Positions 56,119 through 64,000 of a stretch of DNA of 64,000 bases are shown here, piece by piece. The position numbers and the translations under genes were made by a program. The DNA lies in the NCBI GenBank assembly GCA_044892525.1, contig CM097885.1, positions 67,270,001-67,334,000 of the forward strand, written 5' to 3'. The notes under the pieces are model-generated. The model saw only the letters and a program-made list of their open reading frames with translations, was not told the origin of the DNA and searched no databases. Each line of letters starts with the position of its first letter. Within the stretch, counting starts at the first letter, position 1. Source of the stretch: Schmidtea polychroa (Eukaryota).

Positions 56119-58319
56119 TTTTTTTCATTTACAGAAGATTTGTCTTTAATGTAATAAACCAATGATCTTGGTAAGCCAATGAAGGGTTAACTGCTTTATC
56201 ATTATATTCTTTCACTTGGTACATAAATCTATTCGCCGTTAAATTTATATGATAACAATTATCTTAAATAATAATTACCATTTCCGATGTTCTGTATTTA
56301 ATATTATCTGATTATTTTGAGACCCGGGGGATACGGAAAGCGGAAAGTAATATTGATAGATAAGCCTTAACTATAATATGTTCATGAATATATTTTGGAA
56401 CCTGAAAATGTCAAAAAAAAAGATGTTAATATGATATAAATTTCTTTTAGTCCTAAATGATTTTATAACGTAAAATGCACACTTTAGTTAGAAAACTTAT
56501 TTCTTCTATTTTCATCAGAAATATATTTCTAATATGCAAATATTATATAGTATTTTGATTATTACAAAGTATTTTTCATTTGAATTTAAGTTCATTTGAA
56601 TGGTTAAAATATTTTCTTTATAAATAATACAAGNNNNNNNNNNNNNNNNNNNNNNNNNNNNNNNNNNNNNNNNNNNNNNNNNNNNNNNNNNNNNNNNNNN
56701 NNNNNNNNNNNNNNNNNNNNNNNNNNNNNNNNNNNNNNNNNNNNNNNNNNNNNNNNNNNNNNNNNNNNNNNNNNNNNNNNNNNNNNNNNNNNNNNNNNNN
56801 NNNNNNNNNNNNNNNNNNNNNNNGTTAATAAAAGTTATCGATCGAAATCTACGCCCATTATTATACATTGCAAGTATGATTATTTATTTGGTTTCTTTAT
56901 TATTTTAATATAACAATTCGGCCCAATTTTATTAATTGAAAATCATACGATTAATGAATTTAACACAAAATATATAATGTTTAAAAAATCACCGGTGAAA
57001 AACAAAAAACAAAGGCAACCAATCTAGTTTGAATTCGAATTATTTACCTGATTTTCAAGCATATATGGTCCGAATGAGACAGGAAAATGTGATAGAAAAC
57101 AGACTAATATAATATTCGGAAGTTTTGTCGGTAGGTTGAGCACATGCAATAGTGATACCAAAAATGTAGGTTATCAAAATATCTTATTAATAAAATGATA
57201 TTAAAAAACTGTTTTAAAAAATTTCCATTTTTGCAAGGTTTAATGAAATTTTCTCCGCAAATTGTGGAATAAAATATTTCCATAAATATTCAAGACAAAA
57301 TAGCTAAAAATTATGACCACCTTTTAAAAAATGTTTTCAAATTTTTTATTTACAAAAACACAAAACATACTGAATTTAAAAAATAGAAATTGTATTTACT
57401 AAAAAAGGAAAAATTTATTTATTTTAAAAGTAAAATTTAATTCAATCACAAAAATGTGGAAAACATATTTAAAAAGTTGAAAATTTTGTTTTTAGGATTT
57501 ATTTTAGAATTTTTATTACATTAATTTTAAACAAAAATGATTTGTTTATTATATTCATAGAAGCTTTATTCTGCTGATGCCCTGTGCTAAGGACATTCAG
57601 CATAATATATCTTTGTTAAAAGATTTGATTCAAGTATAAAAGTGACTTTAAAATATATTGTCGATTATTGCATATTGCCATGAACGAAACAAATCTTTCT
57701 TGATTGATAATCTTCTGAAAATTTAATAGTATAAGATACCTTAAACACATTTATTTTTATACATTTTTATTAAAAGAGTTCAGTAATACGAGATAGCTCT
57801 TAGAAAACATTTTTCACCCTTTGCATCATAAAAAATCATTCGAATAATAATTGCATGAAATCAACTTCTGAGAATAAAAATATTAACTTTTTAATTTTAC
57901 TTCTCATTATGGAATTTTTGAGTTTCGAATATTATTATTTTTTAGTGACGGATGTGGACGTACCGGAACCTATATTCTTTTGGATTTAATTCTAAACCGA
58001 ATTTGCAAGGGTCTTAAAGAACTGGATATTGCTGCAACTTTAGAACATCTAAGAGACCAGAGAATGCATTTAGTAAAGACTGAGNNNNNNNNNNNNNNNN
58101 NNNNNNNNNNNNNNNNNNNNNNNNNNNNNNNNNNNNNNNNNNNNNNNNNNNNNNNNNNNNNNNNNNNNNNNNNNNNNNNNNNNNNNNNNNNNNNNNNNNN
58201 NNNNNNNNNNNNNNNNNNNNNNNNNNNNNNNNNNNNNNNNNNNNNNGGAGCAGTTTGGATTTGTATTGACCACAATATCAGAAGAAGTCAATAACATTCT
58301 CAAGATTCTCAACCAGTGA
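478..58319 (+). CDS. PTPRN: IA-2/PTPRN-family (PTPRN/PTPRN2, ida-1) receptor-type tyrosine phosphatase-like protein, multi-exon gene
   Basis: Phase-compatible GT-AG exons: 478-607, 663-710, 759-933, 9646-9875, 9923-9997, 10049-10127, 20768-20850, 36693-36748, 44690-44887, 45016-45158, 47038-47095, 47141-47288, 47340-47404, 47457-47645, 49431-49597, (start in gap)56824-56873, 57946-58084, 58248-58319 (TGA). The joined peptides match IA-2 hallmarks: [101 protein letters not shown]. Confidence 0.93.
2152..2346. mobile_element. Foldback/hairpin MITE, diverged copy of the 43359-43539 element in opposite orientation
   Basis: Imperfect inverted arms of about 80 bp. The loop ATTGACAAGGA is the reverse complement of the loop in the other copy. 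Both copies share a one-sided AAATGCTGCTAC..ATCATCA extension. Confidence 0.75.
3187..3401. mobile_element. pogo-type MITE
   Basis: 26-bp TIRs C(T/C)GTA(G/T)TAGCCCGAATATAA(C/T)GCGAC with 3 mismatches, TA on both flanks. Confidence 0.8.
4448..4898. mobile_element. piggyBac-type MITE
   Basis: TTAA on both sides, TIR CACATTGTATG(C/T)GGG, subterminal palindromes GTACTAGTAC. Confidence 0.8.
6371..7025. mobile_element. hAT-type MITE
   Basis: TIR TAGG(G/C)TTACCAC and a perfect 8-bp TSD TAAAGACT (6363-6370, 7026-7033). Confidence 0.88.
9646..10127 (+). CDS. PTPRN: IA-2 exons 4-6: pro-region and basic processing site
   Basis: The phase-2 acceptor at 9645 continues [15 protein letters not shown]. 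Introns 9876-9922 (47 nt) and 9998-10048 (51 nt). Ends ...[17 protein letters not shown] with a KRR basic site; phase-2 donor at 10128. Confidence 0.75.
12500..13700 (-). pseudogene. Probable highly degenerate non-LTR (LINE) reverse transcriptase remnant
   Basis: Fragmentary minus-strand peptides (QFVDK..ILDL, LDLQK) resemble the RT region around LDLSKAFD. Many stops; boundaries are approximate. Confidence 0.3.
14004..14086. repeat. (ATT)n microsatellite
   Basis: Seen directly, one interruption. Confidence 0.95.
15570..17042 (-). mobile_element. Possible degenerate LTR-retrotransposon 5' part (LTR start, gag-like, Asn-rich tail)
   Basis: Minus strand begins TGTTAC at 17042. Gag-like fragments ([13 protein letters not shown]) are followed by an Asn-rich stretch. 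Heavily decayed, with no diagnostic intact motif. Confidence 0.3.
17600..18480 (-). mobile_element. Penelope-like retroelement remnant (RT C-terminus / GIY-YIG region)
   Basis: Minus-strand fragments such as [27 protein letters not shown] resemble the PLE motif LPFLDV...TSVYRKPT. Degenerate. Confidence 0.4.
18900..19727 (+). pseudogene. Buster/ZBED8-type hAT transposase fossil
   Basis: Frameshifted motifs in the expected order: [71 protein letters not shown]. Confidence 0.8.
19770..20060 (-). pseudogene. hAT (GTF2IRD2/SPIN-like) C-terminal dimerization-domain fragment
   Basis: [28 protein letters not shown]...DDRLQNCM resembles FGSTYLCESAFSxMNxIK. Confidence 0.65.
20768..20850 (+). CDS. PTPRN: IA-2 exon: SEA-like ectodomain part ([27 protein letters not shown])
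   Basis: TTTAG acceptor directly after an N gap, phase 2 in and phase 1 out (GTGGGT donor). Aligns by eye with human VVGPALTFRIRHNEQNLSLADVTQQA. The phase fits the next exon. Confidence 0.6.
21378..24161 (+). mobile_element. Near-intact full-length hAT DNA transposon (2784 bp)
   Basis: Perfect 8-bp TSD ATTCCGGA (21370-21377, 24162-24169). 18-bp TIRs TAGAGCTTGCAATACCGG / TATGACTTGCAATACCGG. AATACCG subterminal repeats at both ends. Confidence 0.95.
21868..23894 (+). pseudogene. hAT transposase (BED finger + DDE + dimerization domain) split by an 11-bp tandem duplication
   Basis: BED finger (VWFYF..C..C....STSGL), [37 protein letters not shown]. Removing one GTATACAAGTA copy (22758-22768) joins ORFs 21868 and 22875 into one 671-aa frame with no stops. 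Confidence 0.9.
26345..28629 (+). mobile_element. Intact autonomous pogo-family (POGK/Passer-like, DD35D) transposon
   Basis: TIR CCGTATTTTCGCGCATA identical over 17 bp and similar to about 25 bp, TA TSD (26343-44, 28630-31), single intact transposase ORF. Confidence 0.95.
26904..28262 (+). CDS. pogo transposase, 452 aa: Brinker-type HTH + CENP-B HTH + DDE_1
   Basis: [35 protein letters not shown], then [17 protein letters not shown] and [13 protein letters not shown], with 35 residues between the 2nd and 3rd Asp. Acidic tail. Confidence 0.95.
   Translation: MPKRSSYTADFKLQVCAVAATKGNRAAGRQYDVDEKSVREWRKDIESLQQINPRKRARRWGKVRWPQLETNLAAWVRSQRENNRAVSTVGIKLKAKKMAAEMKMDNFTGSNNWVFKFMTRNQLSVRARTTVGQKLPENWEVKVNDFQEFVRKDIVEQNLNPSAVYNMDEVPMSFDIPATRTLAESGCKTVAITTTGHERTCFTVVLACSAAGEKLKPLIIFKRVTMPREKLPQGAIVLCNKKGWMNTDVMKEWTERCFRARQGGFFLSKSLLIFDAMAAHKEPSVHKQINKTGAHIDVIPGGLTCKLQPLDIAVNHPFKCFVRNEWEKWMSEGEHTFTPSGKQRRATYIEVCKWVLAAWQQISTETIRNGFKKAGLLTVSEANSEPAVEGSFISAGNVNADTDDDDSDEESIYDPTAVANMLRLFEEDSEYDTSFDGFTNYSEDSDISETGD
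29720..29947. mobile_element. piggyBac-type terminal fragment
   Basis: Ends AAAGGG|TTAA (29948-51). Subterminal palindromes ACATCATATGATGT occur twice. No matching other end found; left boundary approximate. Confidence 0.6.
31330..31547. mobile_element. pogo-type MITE (218 bp)
   Basis: Perfect 26-bp TIR CCGTATATACTCGCGTATAAGTCGAG, TA TSD, two internal ACCCGCGTATAAGTCGAAGT repeats. Confidence 0.92.
31706..32330 (-). pseudogene. IS630/Tc1-like transposase N-terminus encoded on three exons; DDE domain missing
   Basis: Introns 32229-32185 (45 nt) and 32106-32064 (43 nt) keep the frame: ...[14 protein letters not shown]...[67 protein letters not shown] (HTH + GRP-like motif). Confidence 0.65.
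32450..35000 (-). mobile_element. Ty3/gypsy pol remnant (RT-RNase H, decayed integrase)
   Basis: [66 protein letters not shown]. The order RT-RH-IN fits gypsy. Outer boundaries approximate. Confidence 0.88.
35002..35610 (+). mobile_element. Penelope-like element 3' remnant (GIY-YIG start plus terminal hammerhead motif)
   Basis: [14 protein letters not shown] (35285-35326) matches the PLE endonuclease motif YKFxCPGCNASYIG. A hammerhead motif follows about 240 nt downstream. Confidence 0.65.
35566..35606 (+). ncRNA. Minimal type I hammerhead ribozyme motif (Penelope type)
   Basis: CTAC-CTGAAGA-T-GACAG tgatt CTGTC-GAAA-T AT G-TT-GTAG. Stem I CTAC/GTAG, core CUGANGA, 5-bp stem II, GAAA, mini stem III, NUH site. 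Confidence 0.7.
36693..36748 (+). CDS. PTPRN: IA-2 exon: end of SEA-like domain ([19 protein letters not shown])
   Basis: TTTCAG acceptor and GTAAGT donor, phase 1 in and 0 out. [11 protein letters not shown] matches IA-2 GLQILQTGVGQ. Confidence 0.8.
38083..39013 (+). pseudogene. mariner (DD34D-type) transposase fossil with 3' TIR
   Basis: [42 protein letters not shown]. The 3' end ...CTTACCTAATACACCACG|TA is mariner-like. Multiple stops and frameshifts. Confidence 0.88.
41388..41833. mobile_element. hAT-type MITE (CATGGGCGTCCG family)
   Basis: TIRs C(G/A)TGGGCGTCCG, perfect 8-bp TSD CTTCTGGT (41380-87, 41834-41). Near-identical to 51578-52044. Confidence 0.92.
43359..43539. mobile_element. 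Perfect hairpin/foldback MITE: 85-bp arms, 11-nt loop
   Basis: Arms 43359-43443 and 43455-43539 are exact reverse complements; (TAA)n tracts lie on both flanks. Confidence 0.9.
44690..45158 (+). CDS. PTPRN: IA-2 exons: transmembrane helix and juxtamembrane region
   Basis: 44690-44887 encodes the TM segment [23 protein letters not shown], followed by QKFRYKK (donor GTAAGT at 44888). 45016-45158 encodes ELFRV...[12 protein letters not shown]. The junction creates a YKEL motif. Confidence 0.9.
45179..45657. mobile_element. Tc1-type MITE starting 20 nt after an IA-2 donor site
   Basis: Imperfect TIR of about 45 bp, (C/A)AGTGAGCAAAA..AAGTATG.AAACATGA...AATTTGTTTCTT, flanked by TA/TG. Confidence 0.7.
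46455..46695. mobile_element. Probable piggyBac-type MITE
   Basis: TTAA on both sides, CC..T/..GGG ends, subterminal palindrome ACGTAATATTACGT. TIR match is weak. Confidence 0.45.
46967..47032. repeat. (AAT)22 microsatellite abutting a splice acceptor
   Basis: 22 perfect units followed by ATTAG|G at the exon starting 47038. Confidence 0.97.
47038..47645 (+). CDS. PTPRN: IA-2 exons: N-terminal half of PTP domain (4 exons)
   Basis: Introns of 45, 51 and 52 nt. Peptides [19 protein letters not shown] / [17 protein letters not shown]...RNRYQDKIP / YDKSRVVL...NYINASII / [16 protein letters not shown]...FWQMVWEQG. Confidence 0.95.
47670..48596 (+). pseudogene. GTF2IRD2/SPIN-like hAT transposase fossil
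   Basis: [71 protein letters not shown]; frameshifted. Confidence 0.85.
49431..49597 (+). CDS. PTPRN: IA-2 exon: VNLVSEHIW...[27 protein letters not shown]
   Basis: AATAG acceptor, GTAACA donor. Close to the IA-2 segment [22 protein letters not shown]...ETRTLTQFHFLSWP. Confidence 0.95.
50795..52057 (+). mobile_element. 3' remnant of hAT related to the 21378 element; its TIR is split by a MITE
   Basis: [48 protein letters not shown]; AATACCG repeats; reconstructed end CCGGTATTGGAAGCCCTA. Confidence 0.85.
51578..52044. mobile_element. hAT-type MITE (CATGGGCGTCCG family) inserted in a hAT TIR
   Basis: TSD ATTAGAAG / ATTGGAAG (7 of 8 match); body near-identical to 41388-41833. Confidence 0.9.
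52378..52900. mobile_element. hAT (Charlie/MER-like) MITE
   Basis: TIR CAG(CCA/TGG)TGGCCAACC, TSD AACTAATT / AATTAATT, GGCCCG subterminal motifs. Confidence 0.75.
53356..53854. mobile_element. Tc1/mariner-superfamily (Tigger-like) MITE
   Basis: TIR (C/T)ACCTAAACCTCGATTTGCGT, TA flanks. Confidence 0.82.
54275..56035 (+). mobile_element. hATm-type transposon, internal-deletion derivative
   Basis: 5' end TTAGGGTGGG. The ORF (likely ATG 54775, open to 55989) has hATm motifs [58 protein letters not shown]. Sequence from about 55945-56035 resembles the inverted 5' subterminal region. Confidence 0.75.
56824..58319 (+). CDS. PTPRN: IA-2 last three exons: P-loop and C-terminus
   Basis: 56824-56873 [16 protein letters not shown](N), with its 5' end in the gap. 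57946-58084 [46 protein letters not shown]. 58248-58319 [23 protein letters not shown]. Confidence 0.92.
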
Positions 58320-60172
58320 ATACTTGAATAGAAAGGAAAATTGTTTACATAATTTATGTTTATCACCATGAACTTATTTACAAAAGATTATTGTCACTCG
58401 CAATCATCTTACATGTTGTGTTGTGAAACTTTGATTATTATCAGAATTCTCTTTTGTTGATTCGTGGACGTCTTTGTTTCTCGGGTTTTGTGATTAGTTT
58501 CTAATTTGGTAGATTTTTGTGATACGTAATATAAATTGACATGTAATATATTTAAATATTAATTCTATTATTATTATTTATCATATTGATTATTATTATT
58601 ATATTTGTCAACAATTTAAATATGATTATATTTATAATATTGTAGAATTTTATCAATATCTATAATTGTTAACAACATATCAGTATATATAAGTTTAAAA
58701 TACGATACACAAACGGAAACAAAAAATATGTCAGAAGTAGAGAAGAAAAAAAATTTGTTTTAATATCTAGAAAATGACAAGGAGTTTAAAAAAACAGAAA
58801 ATATCAAAAACGTCAGTAGTATCGAAAGAAGAATCCAAACAAATTTCCAATTACCAACAGTTCANNNNNNNNNNNNNNNNNNNNNNNNNNNNNNNNNNNN
58901 NNNNNNNNNNNNNNNNNNNNNNNNNNNNNNNNNNNNNNNNNNNNNNNNNNNNNNNNNNNNNNNNNNNNNNNNNNNNNNNNNNNNNNNNNNNNNNNNNAAT
59001 GAGGTTTTAGGTTAAAATAGATGGTTATATGGTCAAATTTTTAGGGTTAGGACGATTTAGAGTTATTTCAGGGTCTGTGATGGGCGAAATTTAAACTTAT
59101 TTATATTTGATATGATGGATTTAACTATGTAAAAAGGATTGATTAATAGTCTAATTTTAAAGGTAATATAAATATTAGGTCTCTGATGGAACAGATTGGA
59201 TTAGGTTGAGGAGTTTATATGGCGGGTTTAATTTGCAATATAATAAAATTAATAATGCTGGGTTATTAATTAATATGTCGGTTAATCTCTGACTCCTCAT
59301 GTCCTTTTCATAAATCAAATAACTAAGACGACGATTTTCACGTAAAATCTTAAGGAAGTCTGAAACAGGAAAAGAAATTGTTCACCATTATTTTATTTTG
59401 CACATATTTATAAATGTTTTTCAAAGAATTAAACAATCATTTTTTAGAAGAAATTTTTAATTGATTTGGTAAATTTTATTTAATAAATATTTAATAAAAT
59501 TTGACTTTGTTCTGATATATTAAGTGCAAGTTAAGATCATCTCAGCATCTTTGAGACCTCAACACGTACACAGAACTGCAAAGTTTAAGCAAGTTACTAT
59601 ATTTAAAATTGTATTGGCACAAATAGTAATCGACAAACATATTTCAAAAGACATTAGGCGAGAATTATCACAAACTTTAAGATAGCAGTTTGTATGGAAA
59701 AACTGTTCGATTTTATTCATTTTTTTTGCAACTGTCAGTTTTTGCAACTATTTTATGTTTAGTGGCGAATTCATTGATAATCTCGAGACATTTTTTAAAA
59801 AAATTCGAAAGTACTAGCAATCGTATTTGTTATAAAATATAAAAGAATTTCAAATTTTACGTCTTTATTTCTGATGTTATTAAAAATAAAAGTAAAAATT
59901 CCAATATCGAATATTTTTTTTCTATGTATTTATTAGTTAAAATTATTATTTTATTGACATTGAAATAATATAATTAAAATTTATTTAAGTGATCATTGAA
60001 ATACAGTCTGAATTTTAAGAAAATAATTAATTTTTAATGATTCCTCAAAATATGCAATTATTAAAAATAAATAAATATTTAATTTTTTTTAAATAATAAT
60101 TTTAATATTTTTTAGAGTACCTAATTTGTTTAAATTTACTAATGTATTCCTGTTTATTTGTTTATTTTTAAA

Positions 60173-60620
60173 ATGACCAGTGAAAATGATGGTATTCAAA
60201 AGTTACTAGCTGCCGAAAAGGAAGCAGCGAAGAAAGTAAATGAAGCTCGAAAACGTAAAATTAGTAATTTTTCATGTGAATGAATTTTGGTTGATTAGAA
60301 AAAGCTAACAAACTACGCAAAGCAAAAGAACAAGCACAAAAGGAGATTGAAACTGAGAAGGCATTGATGGAACGAGAATTCAAAACTAAACAAGAAAAAG
60401 TACATTTTAAATAAAATATTAATAAATTTAGTTAAAACCATATTATTAGATTTTAGGAAGTCGTGAAGATTACGAAAGAAAAATTAAGGAAAATACAGAC
60501 AAGCAAATGAAAGAAATTGTTGAAATGGTTGGAAAAAATAAAGAGAAAGCGATTAAAAGATTATTAGAATTGGTATTAGATATTGAAATGGATGTTCATA
60601 CCAATTTTAGAAAAACCTGA
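60173..60620 (+). CDS. ATP6V1G: V-type proton ATPase subunit G (117 aa, 3 exons)
   Basis: Exons 60173-60254, 60299-60399, 60450-60620; introns 44 and 50 nt. MTSENDGIQKLLAAEKEAAKKVNEARK...LRKAKEQAQKEIE...LLELVLDIEMDVHTNF matches the V-ATPase G signature GIQQLLxAEKxAxEKVxEARK. Absent from the ORF track because it is spliced. Confidence 0.93.
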
Positions 60621-60838
60621 GTAATTTTCGATCTTATAAAATAGCATAATATTGTTGATTTAATTGAAATAAATTTCCGCGTTTATTTACTGAAATTGAA
60701 TTAATTACAAAATTATGAAGTAATTTGTGAAAGTTCTGTGAATAATTATTATAAATTATCTGATGTTGTGTTATGTCATCTATTGAATATTTTTATCAAT
60801 TGTATAAATTAACTGATAATGGAACCAAGATTCAATTT

Positions 60839-60876
<38 letters not shown>

Positions 60877-61491
60877 ATCCAACAATAAGAGTGTAGATAA
60901 ATCTATATTGATTAAGTATTTATAACTAGATTCTAAAAAGGCATTCTAAAGGTAGTGATTATAAATATATATGGACTAGCTGGATATGTTTCATCTTTTA
61001 TCTGCACTTTTATTGTTTGTGCCTTTATAATGTCCATACTATCACATCCTATTAAGTTTATTCTTCAAACTTGACACCTTTTATTATTTATTTCGGCCGA
61101 GGAAATATTTTAAATATAACTTCTTTTTTTCAAAGTTAAACTTTTAATACAAATGGAATTCCTCGATTGCCCGAAAGACAGAGAAACGACTGACATCGAT
61201 AATTCCAAATTTGTTTTTTCTATAATTAATTTTAAGTGAAAGTTTCGTAAAAATATTAAACTCATTTAAAGATCACCTCTTCTCAGAGAACCCTTTGGAA
61301 TAATAAGCTACCCATATCAGAGACTGTGACTAACCGTACCTTTTTGAAGTTATACCTGCATTTAAAAAGTGTCTTTAAAATAGAATTTAATTATATTTTT
61401 TTAAAAAGCATCAGATAAAAATAAAATATATTTGAAAAATATAATAAAATGAATAAAATATATAAAAGCGGCTCAAGCAAAAAATATAAAA

Positions 61492-62593
61492 TCAAAATCT
61501 GATGGTCAGCGTGCTATTTTTCTGCAAACTTTTCTTTAGCATATTCGGTATATTTTGGTCTGTTACTGCATCTTGAAAAACCAACGAAGAATTAATATCG
61601 GAAACTATATGATTCCGACCCTGCTGCCCGACGACATCGTTGTACTTGCAATGATATCTGAGCAATCTTCTACTTTGATAAAGACTTAAGTTATACAGAG
61701 ATGGAGGTTCATCTAAAGTGCTTTTACAAAATATAATATATAGTAGACGTTTTACTTGTAATTTTACTAAAATATTTAATTTCTACTTCACAATGACCCC
61801 AAACAGAGCTTACCGTTGGATAAAGAGTTTTGCCTTGCAATCCAGCATGACATATCCCAAGAAAGTCATTACCAATTACAAACGATAAGGAACCTTGATA
61901 CATATCTAAAATCAAATAAATCTTTTGAGGTACTTTAAAAGTTTTTCCCATAGAACACATTTTACGCATCTTCGTAACATCGGGATACTTTTCAGAACAA
62001 ACTGGATTATCTGATTCTTTACCATGCACTTTCATTCGACTTACTATATCCCAGCCCCATGATTCGTTATCGTGTCCAACAAGCGACAAATAGTGGTCTT
62101 CCTGCAACTTAGCTTTGTCTGTCGCTACACCAACAACAGCGTGAGTTCCTCTCATTGTCTGAGGCCAGTTAATTTCCCAAATATGAATACCTTCTGAATA
62201 ACCGCGATTACCTCTGATGGCATCTGTGGAATTAGCTATAGGACTTCTATGAAAAACAAAAGGATTTGACTGCAACAAATTTATATTGAATGATTTCTGA
62301 TTTTCCGACCATGAGTTTTCCAGCCTTTCACTATTTTCAACGCTGGGTTCGTCAAACATGAAAGGTATCCAATGCGATACGAACATTTTGGTCATCTTTG
62401 ATGGATACAAAGTGATCTCAGTCAACATTGACAAGCGATAAAATGAAAATTTTTTCAGCATCCACCTTTTGTAGCGTTCATTTAAAAAATCCTTTTCCGA
62501 CTTTAAAACTTGCGGAGAAACATAAAATGTAAATATATGATTGTTACTCACCTCGGAAAATCTTCTGCGGATATTTTCAATAATCTTTGCCAT
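61492..62593 (-). CDS. SPSB: SPSB/gustavus-like SPRY-domain protein with divergent SOCS box (about 348 aa, 2 exons)
   Basis: Exon 1 (62593-61768) has SPSB-type SPRY motifs (FHRSPIANSTDAIRG, RGTHAVVGVAT, ESWGWD, LYPTVSSVWGHCE). A 55-nt GT-AG intron (61767-61713) is followed by in-frame exon 2 (61712-61492): NEPPSLYNLSLYQSRRLL...IPNMLKKSL...*. Confidence 0.85.
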
Positions 62594-64000
62594 TTGATAA
62601 TCCTATAATGAAGTCCATATTAAACAAAAATTTAAAAACTCACATTAAGAGTAACCTTTCTATAGATTCATTCAGTATGAATTGAAAAATTAAGGTAAAG
62701 GCAGCCATTGATATACAAATTATTTGCATACCGAAACACCTGAAATGCTAAACTTTGTAATCGGTGGCCGACATCTCACCGATTTATAAAGATAAGATTA
62801 TCAGAAATTCAAAAGATTTGATTAAAATACATTTCGAAGTTTTCATGAAAATATTTAATTTGATGAGGAATGAAGTTACAAGGTATAATTATTGCTGGTC
62901 AGTGAACTGAACCCTTAAGGGTTATTTGAACTCATTCGATATAACCAGTGGAGTATGAAAAGGTTTCCGTTAAAAATCTTTGACACAAATTTGCGGAATT
63001 ACCCAAACTAAAATGTGGTAGTTTAACACTAGTCAAATAAATGTAAAACGTGATTGGAAAAATAATTTCACCATATTAGTTATCACAACGCTCGATTCAA
63101 CTTTAAATGTTATATTCGCATAAACCAGTGATGCACAAACTTTTTCGGACTGCGACTAGGATTGCCATCGCAAATCTGGGTCTCGCCTGGAGACAATAAC
63201 CCGGTGCCCGGAGATAACTCACTGAGTCTCCGAGCAAAACACAGAGAAGTGGTAACCCTAGTCTCTGCACTATAATTAATAGAATATAATTTCTATCAGC
63301 CTATTAAAATCAGTAGCAATTTAATTACATGAAAAGTAACTATCAATATAACTTACCATTTATCATCAATCAACACGGAACACGGATTATCAAACTAGTC
63401 TAGACCCTCTGAAAAGACTGACTGAAAAGACACAAAAAAAGATTCTTTATCAACGTCACCAATTTTAAAATTCAAAATAGCATTCGAAAATTTCTATTCA
63501 AATTTAAAACCTTCATTCAACGTTATATAACTTAAAAACTAAGTTATCACATTCTATTTCAAAACTACTTAATCACTCATATTAATATTTAAGATATTAA
63601 AGACTGTCATGTAATCATGATTGTGAAACATGAGACTTGGAATAAGTCGAAACCACAACGAAATAGTAGAAATATTAACTTAAAATACTAAATTAAAAGT
63701 GTACAACAATCGAGTTTTCTCAAAATTATATCATCATTTTGGTGCCCCCATGCTCCTGCTGTTCTTCCACGCCCACGAGGATCACCCTATTCACCAGCTT
63801 CTGAAAACATGGATTAAGTTTTTATTTACCATTTTTTATTTACAATTCCGATTAAATTGTCCTAAACTGGAAATCTATGCTAGAAAAACATTGGCATAAA
63901 AAATGAAATAAGTGTGAAAGGATAAGACCACCAGAAAGTGTTACCATAATAGTCTGTGTAAACTGTGAGGGTAAATAGATTCTCAAAATTATTAATTTGA

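Noticed and set aside
59000-59110. TTAGG/TTAGGG-like words suggesting an interstitial telomere
   Set aside because: Scattered and non-tandem; more likely TE-derived.
63126-63260. hAT-like termini (CAGTGATGCACAAAC, TAGGATTGCCA...TGGTAACCCTA)
   Set aside because: No matching TSD, so boundaries cannot be supported.

Overview
AT-rich eukaryotic (animal) genomic DNA with several N gaps. The 43-55 nt GT-AG introns and the transposon complement fit a triclad flatworm such as a planarian (inference). About 58 kb is one + strand gene, an IA-2/PTPRN-family receptor-type pseudophosphatase. I could place 18 coding exons by hand (478-58319): signal peptide, RESP18-homology domain, part of the SEA-like ectodomain, TM helix and PTP domain. 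Its large introns are filled with transposons: several hAT clades (one near-intact copy with an 8-bp TSD), an intact pogo/Passer-type DD35D element nested in an older hAT, an hATm deletion derivative, mariner, an intron-containing IS630/Tc1-like fragment, Ty3/gypsy and Penelope remnants, and many MITEs. Downstream are a 3-exon V-ATPase subunit G gene (+) and a 2-exon SPSB/gustavus-like SPRY gene (-) whose divergent SOCS box lies in an exon the ORF track misses. The most notable non-obvious signal is a minimal Penelope-type hammerhead ribozyme motif (35566-35606) on the sense strand of an IA-2 intron. No CRISPR, rRNA or tRNA was seen, and I found no convincing wholly new multi-gene system. Every call comes from manual reading and translation, with no database searches.
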